A stretch of 63,587 nucleotides of DNA, filler included, from Pelomyxa schiedti (GCA_020536535.1; 13 parts of 13 records of this genome joined end to end with filler, not necessarily neighbours in it); one strand, 5' to 3'. Counted from the whole stretch's first letter, positions 11,400-23,077 are shown. Notes: generated from the sequence alone by a model not told the origin. Numbers and translations are program-made.

Positions 11400-12551
11400 A
11401 TGGCATCATCAACGAGGCTCAAGGTGGGAACACGTCAGTTGCAGTGGGCGCTCCAACCACGGGTGTACTTCCACGAGCAGTTGCGGGCGCTACTGACGTC
11501 ATCGCACCCGAGGTGCGGACGAAACAGCCCAGCGAGTGCCCTCCCAGTGTCCCTCATCCGCCAAATGGCCGAAATGTGGCGCCCTGGTTCCGTTTTCGTT
11601 CACAGTTGCTCTCCCACGTGGGCCACGCCGAGCGTCGCCGTCATTGTGGGAATGTCGAAGCGCACACTGGGAGTGACAACCAGGGATCCCATAATCAAAC
11701 AAATGGACCTCGGCAACAACGTTGTGTGGATGACCGACGACGGAAGCCTCTGCCTGCGCCCAGTGCCTGCTGCTGTGTGTGACATCGTGAATGGCTGCGA
11801 GGTGCCAATCCCGGAATCAGGCAATTTATGCACAGTGAAAGGCAGAGGCCAGTGGATAATTGACTCTGTGAGTTCACAGTGGAACATGTGGAGGGTGGTT
11901 CGTACTCCTGTTGTGCAGTGTGGTGCGAGAACAAGTGATTGTGAGGTGGATTCAAAAAAGGGATTGCTGTGCGTGCTGGGTCCAAGGAAGCTGGCCACCT
12001 GCAAGGAATGTGAGAGTGCCACTGGTCTTGTCCACCACACGTTTTTCAAGTCCTTTGTGGGTGATGGCAGTTTCTTTTGGGTGTGTTGCTACGCACACCA
12101 TCACCATTTCATACACTTGATTGATTCAGCACGGGCATTTGAATCTGGTGAGATTGTTCCTGTGGATACTGTGGACATGGTGAAACCTGTGGAATGGGGT
12201 GTACTGGGTGTATCCGTTTACCAGTGCTTCTGGGGATCCAGGAGGGTGTTGGCAAACACTATCTCTTGCATGTATGAAATGGGAGGCACTCCCAGGGAAC
12301 TCTGTCTTTCACAGTGTTGTCGCGCCGTCACGGATACCCTTTTTATTGCTGAGAGACAAGTCGGGAGTAATGAGTGCTGTTTGTGGGATTTCAGTGGCAA
12401 TTCCCAGGAGGTGAAGGTGTTTGGGATCCCATGTGTGTGCACTGGTCTGACTGCTGTGGATGATTTCGTTATTGTGGAGGAAAGCTGCTCCAAAGTTCAT
12501 CTTGTGGATCTTGCTTCTGGTGTTGCCATTTTGACGTTACAATTACTTTGA
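11400..12551 (+). CDS. QF-RCG-SP family protein (about 383 aa)
   Basis: FHEQLRALLTSSHPRCGRNSPASALPVSLIRQMAEMW...MSKRTLGV...GQWII; C-terminal VHLVDLASGVAILTL. Confidence 0.85.
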   Translation: MASSTRLKVGTRQLQWALQPRVYFHEQLRALLTSSHPRCGRNSPASALPVSLIRQMAEMWRPGSVFVHSCSPTWATPSVAVIVGMSKRTLGVTTRDPIIKQMDLGNNVVWMTDDGSLCLRPVPAAVCDIVNGCEVPIPESGNLCTVKGRGQWIIDSVSSQWNMWRVVRTPVVQCGARTSDCEVDSKKGLLCVLGPRKLATCKECESATGLVHHTFFKSFVGDGSFFWVCCYAHHHHFIHLIDSARAFESGEIVPVDTVDMVKPVEWGVLGVSVYQCFWGSRRVLANTISCMYEMGGTPRELCLSQCCRAVTDTLFIAERQVGSNECCLWDFSGNSQEVKVFGIPCVCTGLTAVDDFVIVEESCSKVHLVDLASGVAILTLQLL

Positions 12552-12626
12552 AGGTTAATTTGTAAAGGCTCCCAAAAGAACCAGTAGCTGATTTCTGTGA
12601 AAAGCTTCGTTCGCCCCCAATCGATT

Positions 12627-14059
12627 ATGGGACAACAGCAAGACCGAGGGGCACTGTCAGCAATAGCCACGACGGCCGAGTCACAAGCGATCGCGGTGTG
12701 TTGTTGTTGTGTGGTGAGGATCTCTGCAAACTGCAGTCCCACAATGTTGGAGTGGGTGCGGTCACCGTCCCTCATCAGGGAGTTGGCCAACGACTGGGTG
12801 TTAAGGCCTGCAAGGGACGCTGTGTTTGAGCTGCCGGTGTGGCGCGGCGGCATTGTGGGAAAACAAAAACCCCACAGGAGGCTTTTCTTGAGTGTGAGTG
12901 TGTCGCCAACACTTGGTGTTGTCAGTTGGTCTCTGTTCAAGTGCGATTATGGGACAACCGTGTATGGCTTGGTGGGTACTAATTCAGTGCTGTGTGCATA
13001 CTCAAAGAAAGTGCAAACTATNNNNNNNNNNNNNNNNNNNNNNNNNNNNNNNNNNNNNNNNNNNNNNNNNNNNNNNNNNNNNNNNNNNNNNNNNNNNNNN
13101 NNNNNNNNNNNNNNNNNNNNNTGTCGCCAACACTTGGTGTTGTCAGTTGGTCTCTGTTCAAGTGCGATTATGGGACAACCGTGTATGGCTTGGTGGGTAC
13201 TAATTCAGTGCTGTGTGCATACTCAAAGAAAGTGCAAACTATGTGGGCAGGTGACAGGACACCACCGTGGACAGGACACATCAGAATTATGGGTGCCTCT
13301 TCGTCTCCACATCAATCCATTGTGTTGTGGTCATCATCAAAGCGTCAGTTTTGCAGGTTGCCATCAGCAAGGTGCAATAGGAGGTGGATTGTGTTGTTTT
13401 TCCCTGGAATAAGTGAGCTGTTTGTTTGGAAAGTTGCCAATGGAAGAAATCCTGTGGAACGGGATGTGAACCTGCAGTTTGACTTTCAGCCTTTAAAAGT
13501 GGAGTTCTCTCCATCAGGGCGATGTGTGGACACTCTGGTGATGTTTTTCCTGGGTGGTGAGTTGCTGTTTTTTATTGATTTGGAGGCCAGCTTCAAATCA
13601 AAGAAATTGGTAATTACTTCCACTGTTTCCTGTGGTGAAACTTGCCCAATGGATGTTCTTTGGATGCCTGATGGCTCTATGCACTCGCTGCATCTCTCTT
13701 CTGGCACGTCCTATCACCTTGTGAGTCCTCCCAAGACTTGCAAGAGGAATTTACTTCCAGAGGGATTCACTGTAACACCGATCAGCAACAAACAGGTTGT
13801 GCTTGTTCCAGCGAGGATTTTGGATTCACCGACTCAGTTTTCGTTCACTGTTTATCACACAGGGAACCTCTCCACACCAACACTTTGTATGCCCTGTGAA
13901 TGGTGTTCACCAGGCAGGGTTCCACAATCAGGTCTCATTCTGTCAACAAGGGCCAACTTGGATGCCAAGCAGCTGCTCAGTGTCCCGTTCGAACTCTTTG
14001 ATGGGGTCAGTGGCGTTAATCTTGGTCTTTTTTCTGTGCCTTGTCACCTGCTTCAATAA
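12627..14059 (+). CDS. QF-RCG-SP family protein (the gap at 13022-13121 is a false duplication)
   Basis: MGQQQD...TAESQAIAV...SPSLIRELANDWVLRP...VSVSPTLGVV...CNRRWIV...FDGVSGVNLG. Confidence 0.8.
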
Positions 14060-14101
14060 ACTCTTTTCAGGAATCCGCTATGGAACAGATTTCGACAACA
14101 A

Positions 14102-15402
14102 ATGATGAGCTACAAAATCGGTGACGCGGAGGTAACCTCCGTTACGCTCTCTTAGTTTACAAATGACCGATCCAACAGGAAAACAATACACAAGGTAGTG
14201 CTGATGGCGATGATAGCAGTGACGGCGACGATGGCGGCGACGGCGACGGCGGCAGCATTATTCCGTCTGCACCAGATGTGGCCGTGTCGACGACAATCAT
14301 GGCTCGGGACCAGTTTGTTGCGCTGGCCACAGGTGCCACCGTCGCAAGGGCTGGAGCGCGCAGCGCAGTCAGGCTCGCGGCCCATAATGCCGCGTGGCTG
14401 GCCGACTTTGGGCGCGAGTGGGTCGTGGGGCCCACCAGGCAGATGTCGTTCTGGCTGCACTGGGCCAGCGACGGCGACTGCGGCCACGGCCGGATGCCGT
14501 TGTGCATGTCGCTGAGCGTGTCGGCCACACTGGGCGTGGTCGGGTGGGGGCCTGAGGCCGTGCCAGAGGGTGTCCAGTTGAATTGGAAAATCAGTGGCAA
14601 CAAGTTCCTTGGCCAGAGAGGGCCCCAGTTCTTCATTGTGGAGAGGCCCCGTTGTAGTGGTCTTGTTGGTGTTGGTGTTGGTGGTGTGGCTGCCCAAGAG
14701 TGGAGATGGGGCAGTTCTTTTTATTCGGCAGATCCTGGAGGACAACGTTGGTGCGGTTCAAAGTGGATTGTGATATCTGGCTCCTGGTCGTTTGTGGTGT
14801 GGAAACTTGTTGGTGGCGTTCCTCATGGTGTGAAGAGCCTTCCGCCACTTGAGCGGAACAAAAAGGTGTTTTTGCTGAAGGACGACATTGTGGTTATCCT
14901 GGAGACACATCTGGATCACAAATTTTACTTCTTTGATTTACCACAGTCCTATGAGCAAAACAAGTTGGTTTTGGATGGATGCCGGATTGCCGGCCCAGTC
15001 TTCCACCCAATGAATGGTTTGATGGTTGGAAAAACGCTCTTCTCTCTGCATTCTCGTGGGGGAACTCTGTTCTCCATTTGGGATTCTGACAGGAGGATAC
15101 CATCCTCGTTTCCCCCCAGTTTCGTTCCGCACTTTGCTGGTGAATGCATACTTGTTTCCAAGGAAGATTATACTGAGCATAGAATCTACCATCCCACTGA
15201 GCGGCGTCTGCTTGGTGTCATCAGTTCCTTGCCAATGAGTGATCAGTGGTCTCTGTGGGCCGAGGGTCTCATTGCAAGAATGGTAGGGACACATTCGGCT
15301 CAGATGAGGGAGTATGAGATCATCGATGTGCTGAGTAGGGTTACCCTCGTCACTATTAAAATTGATACTGGATCGAAACCAAGTATCTCTTGCACTGAGT
15401 GA
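14102..15402 (+). CDS. QF-RCG-SP family protein with a 30-nt first exon
   Basis: MMSYKIGDAE (14102-14131), then a GTAACC..CAG intron (14132-14178) in frame with ENNTQGSADGDD...MARDQFVAL...RAGARSAVR...DFGREWV...LSVSATLGVV...IIDVLSRVTLVTI. Confidence 0.8.
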
Positions 15403-15482
15403 AAGAGTCTTTTGTTCTCCACTATTATTATTTTCTCTTATGCATAACGTGACACACAAACAACTCACATCAAATAAGAAGT

Positions 15483-18173
15483 TCAGAGGTTCAGTAGTTG
15501 TGAAAGTGCATCATAGGCAGAGAGCCTGGCATCCTTCTTTGGGTGCATCATCTCAATCATTTTTGACAAGAGCATGTCACCAACACGGAGGTTGTTGTTA
15601 ATGGGTAATATTGCTGCTGATGAAAACAGCATTACGGGGAACTTGTTGAGGAGTGCAGGCGTGGTGAATGAACTCATGTTCTGATTCAAGAGGCTCCCAA
15701 TGAACTTGTTGGTTGGTGGCAGGAAAACATCCCAGAATGTGAGGGCGAGGGCAAATGAGTCACATTTTGAGTATGAGAACACACCCGTGGCACCTCTTGT
15801 TCTCCCTTGGAGAAAAATGCTCAGTTCGGGTGGGATAGTGCCTGTGTTGCCCCATGCATTCATTGTGGCTGAGACTGAAAGCTCCATGTTTGGACAGTGC
15901 TGAGCCTCACCAAAGTCAATCAGTGTGAGTTTGTGACTCTCTGGGTCAATGAGAATGTTGTCTGCCTTTATGTCTCTGTGTGTTTGTGTGGGATGGTGGT
16001 GAGACTGACATGATAATGCAAGAAACTACCTGTGAACAACAGCACAAGACTCAATGTGGTGGATAGCCTTTAGGCCTTGAACAAACAGGCTCTTAGAAAT
16101 TTCAATTACTGTTGTTGCTGAGGGAGAAGTTGTGACCAATGAGGAGAAGAATGATGGTAAAGGTATCCCTGCATAGGGCATGAGGACAACCAACGTCTTG
16201 TATCGGCTCAGCTCTCGGTAAAATGGTTTTTCTATTGGAATCTTATCCACAAAGTCAAGTGGGAGGCTGTAATTTTTTTTTTTTGGTTTGTAGTACTTAT
16301 TATTTAGCAAAAGAAAATACCAAGGGAGGACCAAAGCACCAAGGGGGTGGATCACATTTGGGTGACCAGGAACTAACGAGAGGATAACACACTCTGCCAT
16401 GTATTTCTGTCTCAGCATCGTGTGCTGTGGTGTGGTCTCCCAGTTGAACAGGGCCTTCATAACCATGTCCCTCGTTCTTGTTCTGTTTTCTGGTTCACCC
16501 ATCCGTGAATACGAATAAGCTGATTGCGTTGTGGATGTTATGGAAGAAGCACTGAGGTTGCTTGTGTGAAATTGCACTTTGAATACAGCAGCATTCGACC
16601 CAGTACCAAGTAGTCTATCTACCGTGAAATCAGCAGAAGTTGCTGAAATGAGCGCCGTCATTGTGCTTACAATGGTCTATGATTTTTGTTGGTGGAAGGA
16701 GATACAGGCAATGGAGAAACCTTGTATCTTGTGATGTCAGTCCACAGATTTTCCACAGAATTTCGTTCTTGACAGAGAGCTTCCTTGAGCTTGAGAAAAG
16801 AAAATAGTGAGGTTCCCACAACTTTAGTGTCTGCTTACCTCCTCCTTATCCCTTTCCAACTTTGCCACTTTTTCCTTCAGATCTTCATTTTGTTGTTGCA
16901 GAGCCTCAATGTCTCTCACTGCTTGGCTTCCATTCCCTGCTGAGATTGATCTATTAGCCTGTGGATGGGAGTGATCTACTGGAGTTTCACATGGGTTTTT
17001 CTGAAGGAGGAGGAGCTTGGCAGCTTGTCTGTGTTCCAACTGGGCAGATTTCCGCAACCAAAACTGTGCCTGCTCCACATAACCATCGTCTCTGAGGCAC
17101 ACACCAAGGTGAAACATTGAAACAGGATCACCTCCCTCAGAACCCATCCTAAAATACTCAGCAGCAGCCTCCAGGTCAATTGTTACACCACAACAACCTG
17201 TTTGACAAAAGTCTCCGAGTTCCCCAAGTTCCTCTGCACCACCTGTCATCTTCTTAGCTTTGTTAAAGAGCTCCCGGGCTTTCACAGAATCCCTCTCAAC
17301 CCCAATGCCTCTTTCATGACAATACCCAAGGAACACTGTTGCTGCTGAATTAAGCTGTGCTCCTTTGAAGATACCCACAGCCCTTGAGACGTCCTTCTCG
17401 GCACCACATCCCCACAAGTAACACCACCCAAGGTATGCCTCCTCGTATCTTTCGGGCTTCCTTTGCAGTAGCTGGAATGCCTTTGCCCAGTCCCTTTCCA
17501 CACCCTCGCCGCGCAAGTAACACACAGCAAGCCTCCACCAGTGGCAGTTCCCCCTCCTCGTAGCACTGTGGTACAGCTCCACCGCCCTTCCCCAATCACA
17601 CTCCACACCAACCCCGTGCTGGTAGCACCACCCAAGCCTCGTCATAGCCATGTCCACACCCAAGTCACAAGCCTTCTTCCACAACGCCACAGCCCTTTCC
17701 ACATCCCTGTTATCTCCACCACCACCACCAACTCCACTTCCACTTCCACAACCACCACCAACTCCACTTGCACTACCACAACCACCACCACCAATACTAC
17801 TAGTAGCACCAACAGCATCAGTATCTCCGCGGTAGTAGTCACATCCAACATCATAGAGGCCGTGGCCATTCTGGGCCAATTGGTACCAGTGGGTAGCCTG
17901 GGCCAGGTCCCTCTTGAGGCCGTACCTCCCACAGCGGCAGTACTCTGCGAGGCGGGTCATGGCCTCCGGGACCTGGGCGTCGGACGCGGCGCGGCGGAGC
18001 AGCTCGACGCCCTGCGCGTTGTCGATGGTCTTGCCGTGGTGGCCAAAGAGGTAGCAGTCGGCGAGCTTGAGCATCGCGTTGGCGTCGTTGGCGCACGCCT
18101 GCTTCCTGAGGGCGTCGACGTAGGTGGCATCTTCCACAACGACCCAGCCCGTGTGTGTCAGTGATGCTTTCAT
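15483..18173 (-). CDS. SEL1-repeat + coiled-coil + PINK1-like Ser/Thr kinase (5 exons)
   Basis: SEL1 repeats (AMLKLADCYLFG, AMTRLGWCYQHGVGVECDWGRAVELY). Four short GT-AG introns (including 16267-16320 and 15976-16029) splice in frame to LGTGSNAAVF, HPNV, HRDIKADN, DFG, GNTGTIPPE, YSKCD. Confidence 0.85.
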
Positions 18174-18380
18174 TTTTTCGGGTAAAATCAAAGGACCAGG
18201 AGACTCTGATGGAACTACAGCTTTTTCTCTGCCAGTAATAAAACCGCAGGCAAGGGGCACGTGGAATCCGTGGGGGCTCCAACCACGTGTACTTCTGCGA
18301 GTTGCATTCTGGGCTGTGTTCAGAGGTCTGACTGCAATCGAATGATGGGTTCAGAGAAACAAACCAGCCAAGATCTCGTG

Positions 18381-18511
18381 ATGCCAACGTCAACGAGGCT
18401 CAAGGTGGGAACACGTGAAACCCAGTGGGCGCTCCAACCACGGGTGTACTTCCACGAGCAGTTGCAAGCACTGTTGACGTCATCGCACCCGAGGTGCGGA
18501 CGAAACAGCCC
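18381..18511 (+). CDS. 5' fragment of a QF-RCG-SP gene, paralog of the 11400 gene (cut by linker)
   Basis: MPTSTRLKVGTRETQWALQPRVYFHEQLQALLTSSHPRCGRNS. Confidence 0.75.
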
Positions 18512-19478
18512 NNNNNNNNNNNNNNNNNNNNNNNNNNNNNNNNNNNNNNNNNNNNTTAATTAATTAANNNNNNNNNNNNNNNNNNNNNNNNNNNNNNNNN
18601 NNNNNNNNNNNTACGACCAATGTAGTGATGTGTGTGTTTGTTTTTCTTCAGAATTTTGAAATTGTAGTGCGTTGATATGTTCAGAAAAACATCACAAACG
18701 CAGTCTCCTAATTGAAAACGTCTTCTCTGCACTTGTTCTTCCTCGAATTCCAGTCACCACACAGAAAGGGGTCATGACATGGCTGAATAAAAAAAACACC
18801 AGACCCCCGATCCTGAGCGATGATAAGGAAAATGACATCGTTCAGGTCTGTCAATTATTTTATGCACCATGTCAGTGAGAATGCCTTATGAATGCCACCA
18901 GCATTGCCAGCTGCTTCTGACACCACCCAAATCCTGTTGTAGGCACACATCAAGTTGGATACAAGGTCATGCTGGATTACCACCACACACATCCAGAACA
19001 AGGTTTTTTTCTTTCCATAATTCTGGGGGGCAAAAAAAACAAGGGTTTATCAGGGAACCAATCCAGTGGAAAATTGAAAACCACCCCCCAAATAAATGGT
19101 TGCAAGACATTGCGTTGAAGAGATGTAAGACCTCTTCTGGCATTCAAACAACGTTCCAAATGATCTTGGGCCTAATTTGGCTAAAAAAACCTCCAAGTCC
19201 AAACACTATTTTTGTTGTAAGGGAATGCTTGCCAGCAAGGCCATCAAGGAAGTAGGAGAGGAGGGAGGAACAACAGCAGCTGATTGAGTGAGTGACTGAT
19301 TGACTGAGACTCAAAGTTGTGTGAGCGTTGTGTGGAAGAGAGCCTCAGGGACAAACACTGACTGAGAGTGTTAGTTATCAACAGGAACTTAATGGCCATT
19401 TGATGGTGCTTGGCTTTCAAAACAGCTTGCCAGCAAGGCCATCAAGGAAGGTAAGGTGCAGTTGGTCATCATCACCAC

Positions 19479-19592
19479 GAAATTTTACTTGAGCAGGAAA
19501 AGTGGTCGTAACAGGTGCAACGAAATTTTACTTGAGCAGCAAAAGTGGTCACTTTGGGTGCAGTGAAATTTTACTTGAGCAGCAAAAGTGGT
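19479..19592. repeat. Three-copy tandem repeat, 43-bp period
   Basis: GAAATTTTACTTGAGCAG(G/C)AAAAGTGGT at 19479, 19522 and 19565. Confidence 0.9.
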
Positions 19593-20764
19593 TGCTCCTG
19601 GTACTGCTGAGGTACATCTACCACAACAACCCTGAAATGTTCAGTCACCAAAGGCCACATTCAGAATACATGCTGGATGTGTTGTTGGAGAGAGCAAAGA
19701 AGTGCAGTGGTGTATGTCACAGGTTCATGAATGAGGTGCTGGACAGGGCATGCGATGTGAAGGTTGTTGATGTGGATGTGGATGGTGGCAAGTCGAGGGC
19801 TCTGTTCTGTGCTGGTCACTTCTTAAAGGGTTCTCTGCTGATCAGGGGCATTGGGATCAAGGAGGATTTCAAAGGGTGTGTGGCTCACATGAGGGCATGT
19901 GAGCCCTATCAGATTGCTTTGGCACTGAACACTATGGGGCTGTGCTATAAAAAAGGAAACGTGGCTATGTGCTTCAGGAATGGCACTGGAGTCGAAATGG
20001 ACAAAAGAGAGGCTTTTTCGTGGTTCAAACAGAGCAGTGCTCTCCCAGTTTCATGTTCCAAGCTGTCTCATTGCTACAGAATTGGGGAAGGTGTTGACAA
20101 GGACCCACAGGAGAGCCTGAGGCTTCTGAAGTTTGCTGCAGAGCAGGGAGTTGCAAATGCACAGTACAAACTAGCACAACAGACAAGTGACCCAGCTGCA
20201 GCTTGGAAGCTGTAAATGTTGGCTGCGGCACAAGGGTATTCCACTACACAGTGCGAGGTTGGAAAGGCTCTATTGGCCAGACTGGCTGCCATGTATCAAT
20301 ATGGTGATGGAGTGCCACAGGATAACTTTGAAGCCATCAGGTTGTTCCGCCAGTCCACAGAGTTGGGCACAGTGCTGCACAGAGAGGTTGGAAGGTGCTA
20401 CTACACTGGAAGAAGTGTTTGTCAGGACTACTCTTTGTCTGTGCAATGGTTCAGAAAGGGCCTTGCTTATCCGGGGAAGGGAGGCTACGGGATGGCCCAC
20501 AACAGTCTGGCACGGTGCTTCAGAGACCGACACGGCGTCGCAAGGGACACGGCAGAGGCATTCAGGCTCTACAGCATGGCGGCTCTGCACGGCAACTTGA
20601 TCTCTCAGTTCAATGTGGGTGTGTGCCTGGAGAACCACGTTGGCACCCCAGCCAAGGACACGAGGGAGGCAATGAGGTGGTACCGCCTGGCTGCTTCCAG
20701 GGGGAATACTCACTCTGTTAGAAGATTAGAAAGCATTATCAAGCCACAAGACGATACCATGTGA
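19565..20764 (+). pseudogene. SEL1-repeat protein, probably decayed
   Basis: SEL1 motifs (HCYRIGEGVDKDPQES, SQFNVGVCLE, AMRWYRLAASRGN); in-frame TAA at 20213-15 where Tyr is expected (WKL*MLAAAQG); several repeats look internally deleted. Confidence 0.7.
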
Positions 20765-21108
20765 TATATTTCTCCCTCTTTGGCTGCCGAAATGATCAAG
20801 GCGGAGACTCACCTTTGGCGCATCACCGTCTTCTTGAAGATCAGCACAACAACAACGAAAATGATTCACATCATTCATTCGGGAGTTTTTTTTTCTACCT
20901 TACAGGTTTTTAAACCAAGGAAACCTCATGTCCAAATTGGAGGGCTGGCCAGTGAGCAACACAGCAGTGAAGTTCTCACCGGTCACAACGTCGAGGCAGG
21001 ACCCAGGCNNNNNNNNNNNNNNNNNNNNNNNNNNNNNNNNNNNNNNNNNNNNTTAATTAATTAANNNNNNNNNNNNNNNNNNNNNNNNNNNNNNNNNNNN
21101 NNNNNNNN

Positions 21109-21230
21109 TTTGGAGTGTCTGCCGTGACGCTGGGAGTGACGCGGGAGCCAAGGGCGGTTCCGTCTTGCGAAGGGAGCATTGGGGACTACAAGTGGGTGGC
21201 CGCTGATTTGTGCATGCACCTGAGGGGTTT
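21109..21230 (+). pseudogene. Fragment of a third copy of the 21797/23192 subfamily
   Basis: FGVSAVTLGVTREPRAVPSCEGSIGDYKWVAADLCMHL matches FGVSPVTLG...KWVAPDLCM; similarity is then lost. Confidence 0.65.
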
Positions 21231-21796
21231 CCTGGAACGGTCTCAAACCGAGTGTGCGCCGACGAACAGTTTTCTCGTAGTAACAACCGCATCTGTTGAT
21301 TATTCACAGGACCCTCCATCCCAACAACAACACAGGAACTGCACCTGTGAAGGATTGGTGAGAAGCAGACTGGGAGAGTGGTGGCGTTCTGTGGTGAGGA
21401 TGAGTCCGTTTTGGTCTTTGTTGTTCTGAGGGGAAAGAGCCAATGCTTTGGTTGTTTTTCTGTTGATGATCTAAACGCGGGACGACGAGCGACACAACAT
21501 GTGATGGAGTAGGTGCGTTTTGCTCCAATTCAATTTGAGGATGTTCATGTGTTTTGGTTGAGGAGTCACTGAGAACAAGTCTGTGGTGTCCCTTTTTTGG
21601 CAGCTCTGGCAGGCTCTTCTCTGGCGGGTCTCTAGCGGCTCTGGAGGGTTTTCTCCTTCATTATCCTTTTGAAAGAGAAAGTTCGAACTTAGCTGGGTAA
21701 TCAGCAGACCAGTCCTGAGACCTGTTATAGAAAGCAAAAGCGAAAAACCTTAACCACAGTATCAACCAAGATTTGATTTGATTTTTTTTTCAAAGA

Positions 21797-23077
21797 TCAC
21801 AACAAAGAGGAACTGGTGTCAATCAACTCAATGTTGAATGGTGTTTGGACTGTGAGAACGACAACACCAGAAGCTCCCTCAATCACAGTCATCTTGTTTC
21901 CGCTCAGTGCAAACAGGAATCCACCGCCACAAACAACTTGTGCACTGTTGTTGAGGTACATGTAATCCACAATCCTCAGTGGGTTCCCAGGGTTGTCGCA
22001 ATCCCACAATTCAAACACCGAGCTGTCTTTGGAGCTGAACCACAGGCCAAACCGCGAGGAACTCACCTGTGAAACTTCCGTGCACTTCGAGGTCATCAAT
22101 TTGCTGCAACCAGTGGAAGCTTCAACCCAGTACGCACAAGTGTAAGGAGGCGTGAAGATTTGAGCCGTGACAATGAACACAAACTCGCCGGTTCTCTTCC
22201 TTGTGATGGCAACAGGCACGGTCACCACCACTGGGATTGAGCAACGCGTGGAGCACAGGACAGCAAGCTTGTGAGAAGAACTGCTGAGAGCCACATCAAC
22301 CAACACGAAGCTGACACCGCTTGGCGCAACGGACATAATCAGAGCTTCATCAGCGTTTGCTGGGTTCATTACTATGTCGTCACGGACAGAGTCAGCAGGC
22401 CTCAGTGGGAACGGAACAACACCAGAATAAGCAGAAGCAACACCAGAATCAGTGCCGCAGCGCATGTTTTTCAAAGTGAGGCTATTAACAGCAACACCAA
22501 GCAGGGGTTCCAGCAGAACAAGCCACTTGCCATTCGCAGCATAACTACACCCTCTCAACCCGGAAGCGATGCACCCGACCTGTCTCAATGCCGGGGGAGC
22601 CAGCAGCACCAGCGAGCTGATGGCACCCTCAGTCACAAGAGCCACGCACAAGTCAGGAGCCGCCCACTTGTGAACTTCGGTTCCTTCACAAGACATAAGC
22701 TCCCTTGGCCCATACGTCACTCCCAGCGTCACAGGTGACACACCAAACGACAGTGTGATGCAAGGCAACCCATCACTATCCCCGTCACTGTCACTGTCGT
22801 CGTAGTTGTCGTCGTCCTCGTGGTGTTGCTCAAGGACGAGCACGAAGCGGCGCGACGGTTCGAGCACGAAACGGCGCCACCACAACAACATGAGGGCGGC
22901 GTTGGCCGCGACGTGGCGGGCTGGGCTGCGCGCCCCGCAGCGGGGCAGAGCCGCCGCCATGAGCGCCCCGAACTGCGACCCACAAGTCGCGATGGCGATC
23001 CTTGTGGTCGTCGTCGCCGACGGCGGTGGGGGCTGCGTGTGCGGGTCGGTGAGGGAGTCACTTATCCTGTGTGTCAT
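21797..23077 (-). CDS. QF-RCG-SP family protein (about 426 aa)
   Basis: TCGSQFGALMAAALPRCGARSPARH...WWRRFVLEP...FGVSPVTLGV...ANGKWLV...VIEGASGVVVLTV. Confidence 0.88.
   Translation of the reverse strand: MTHRISDSLTDPHTQPPPPSATTTTRIAIATCGSQFGALMAAALPRCGARSPARHVAANAALMLLWWRRFVLEPSRRFVLVLEQHHEDDDNYDDSDSDGDSDGLPCITLSFGVSPVTLGVTYGPRELMSCEGTEVHKWAAPDLCVALVTEGAISSLVLLAPPALRQVGCIASGLRGCSYAANGKWLVLLEPLLGVAVNSLTLKNMRCGTDSGVASAYSGVVPFPLRPADSVRDDIVMNPANADEALIMSVAPSGVSFVLVDVALSSSSHKLAVLCSTRCSIPVVVTVPVAITRKRTGEFVFIVTAQIFTPPYTCAYWVEASTGCSKLMTSKCTEVSQVSSSRFGLWFSSKDSSVFELWDCDNPGNPLRIVDYMYLNNSAQVVCGGGFLFALSGNKMTVIEGASGVVVLTVQTPFNIELIDTSSSLL

Noticed and set aside
19479-19592. CRISPR-like 28-bp repeats with 15-bp spacers
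   Set aside because: The spacers are too short and similar to each other, there are no cas genes, and the context is eukaryotic.
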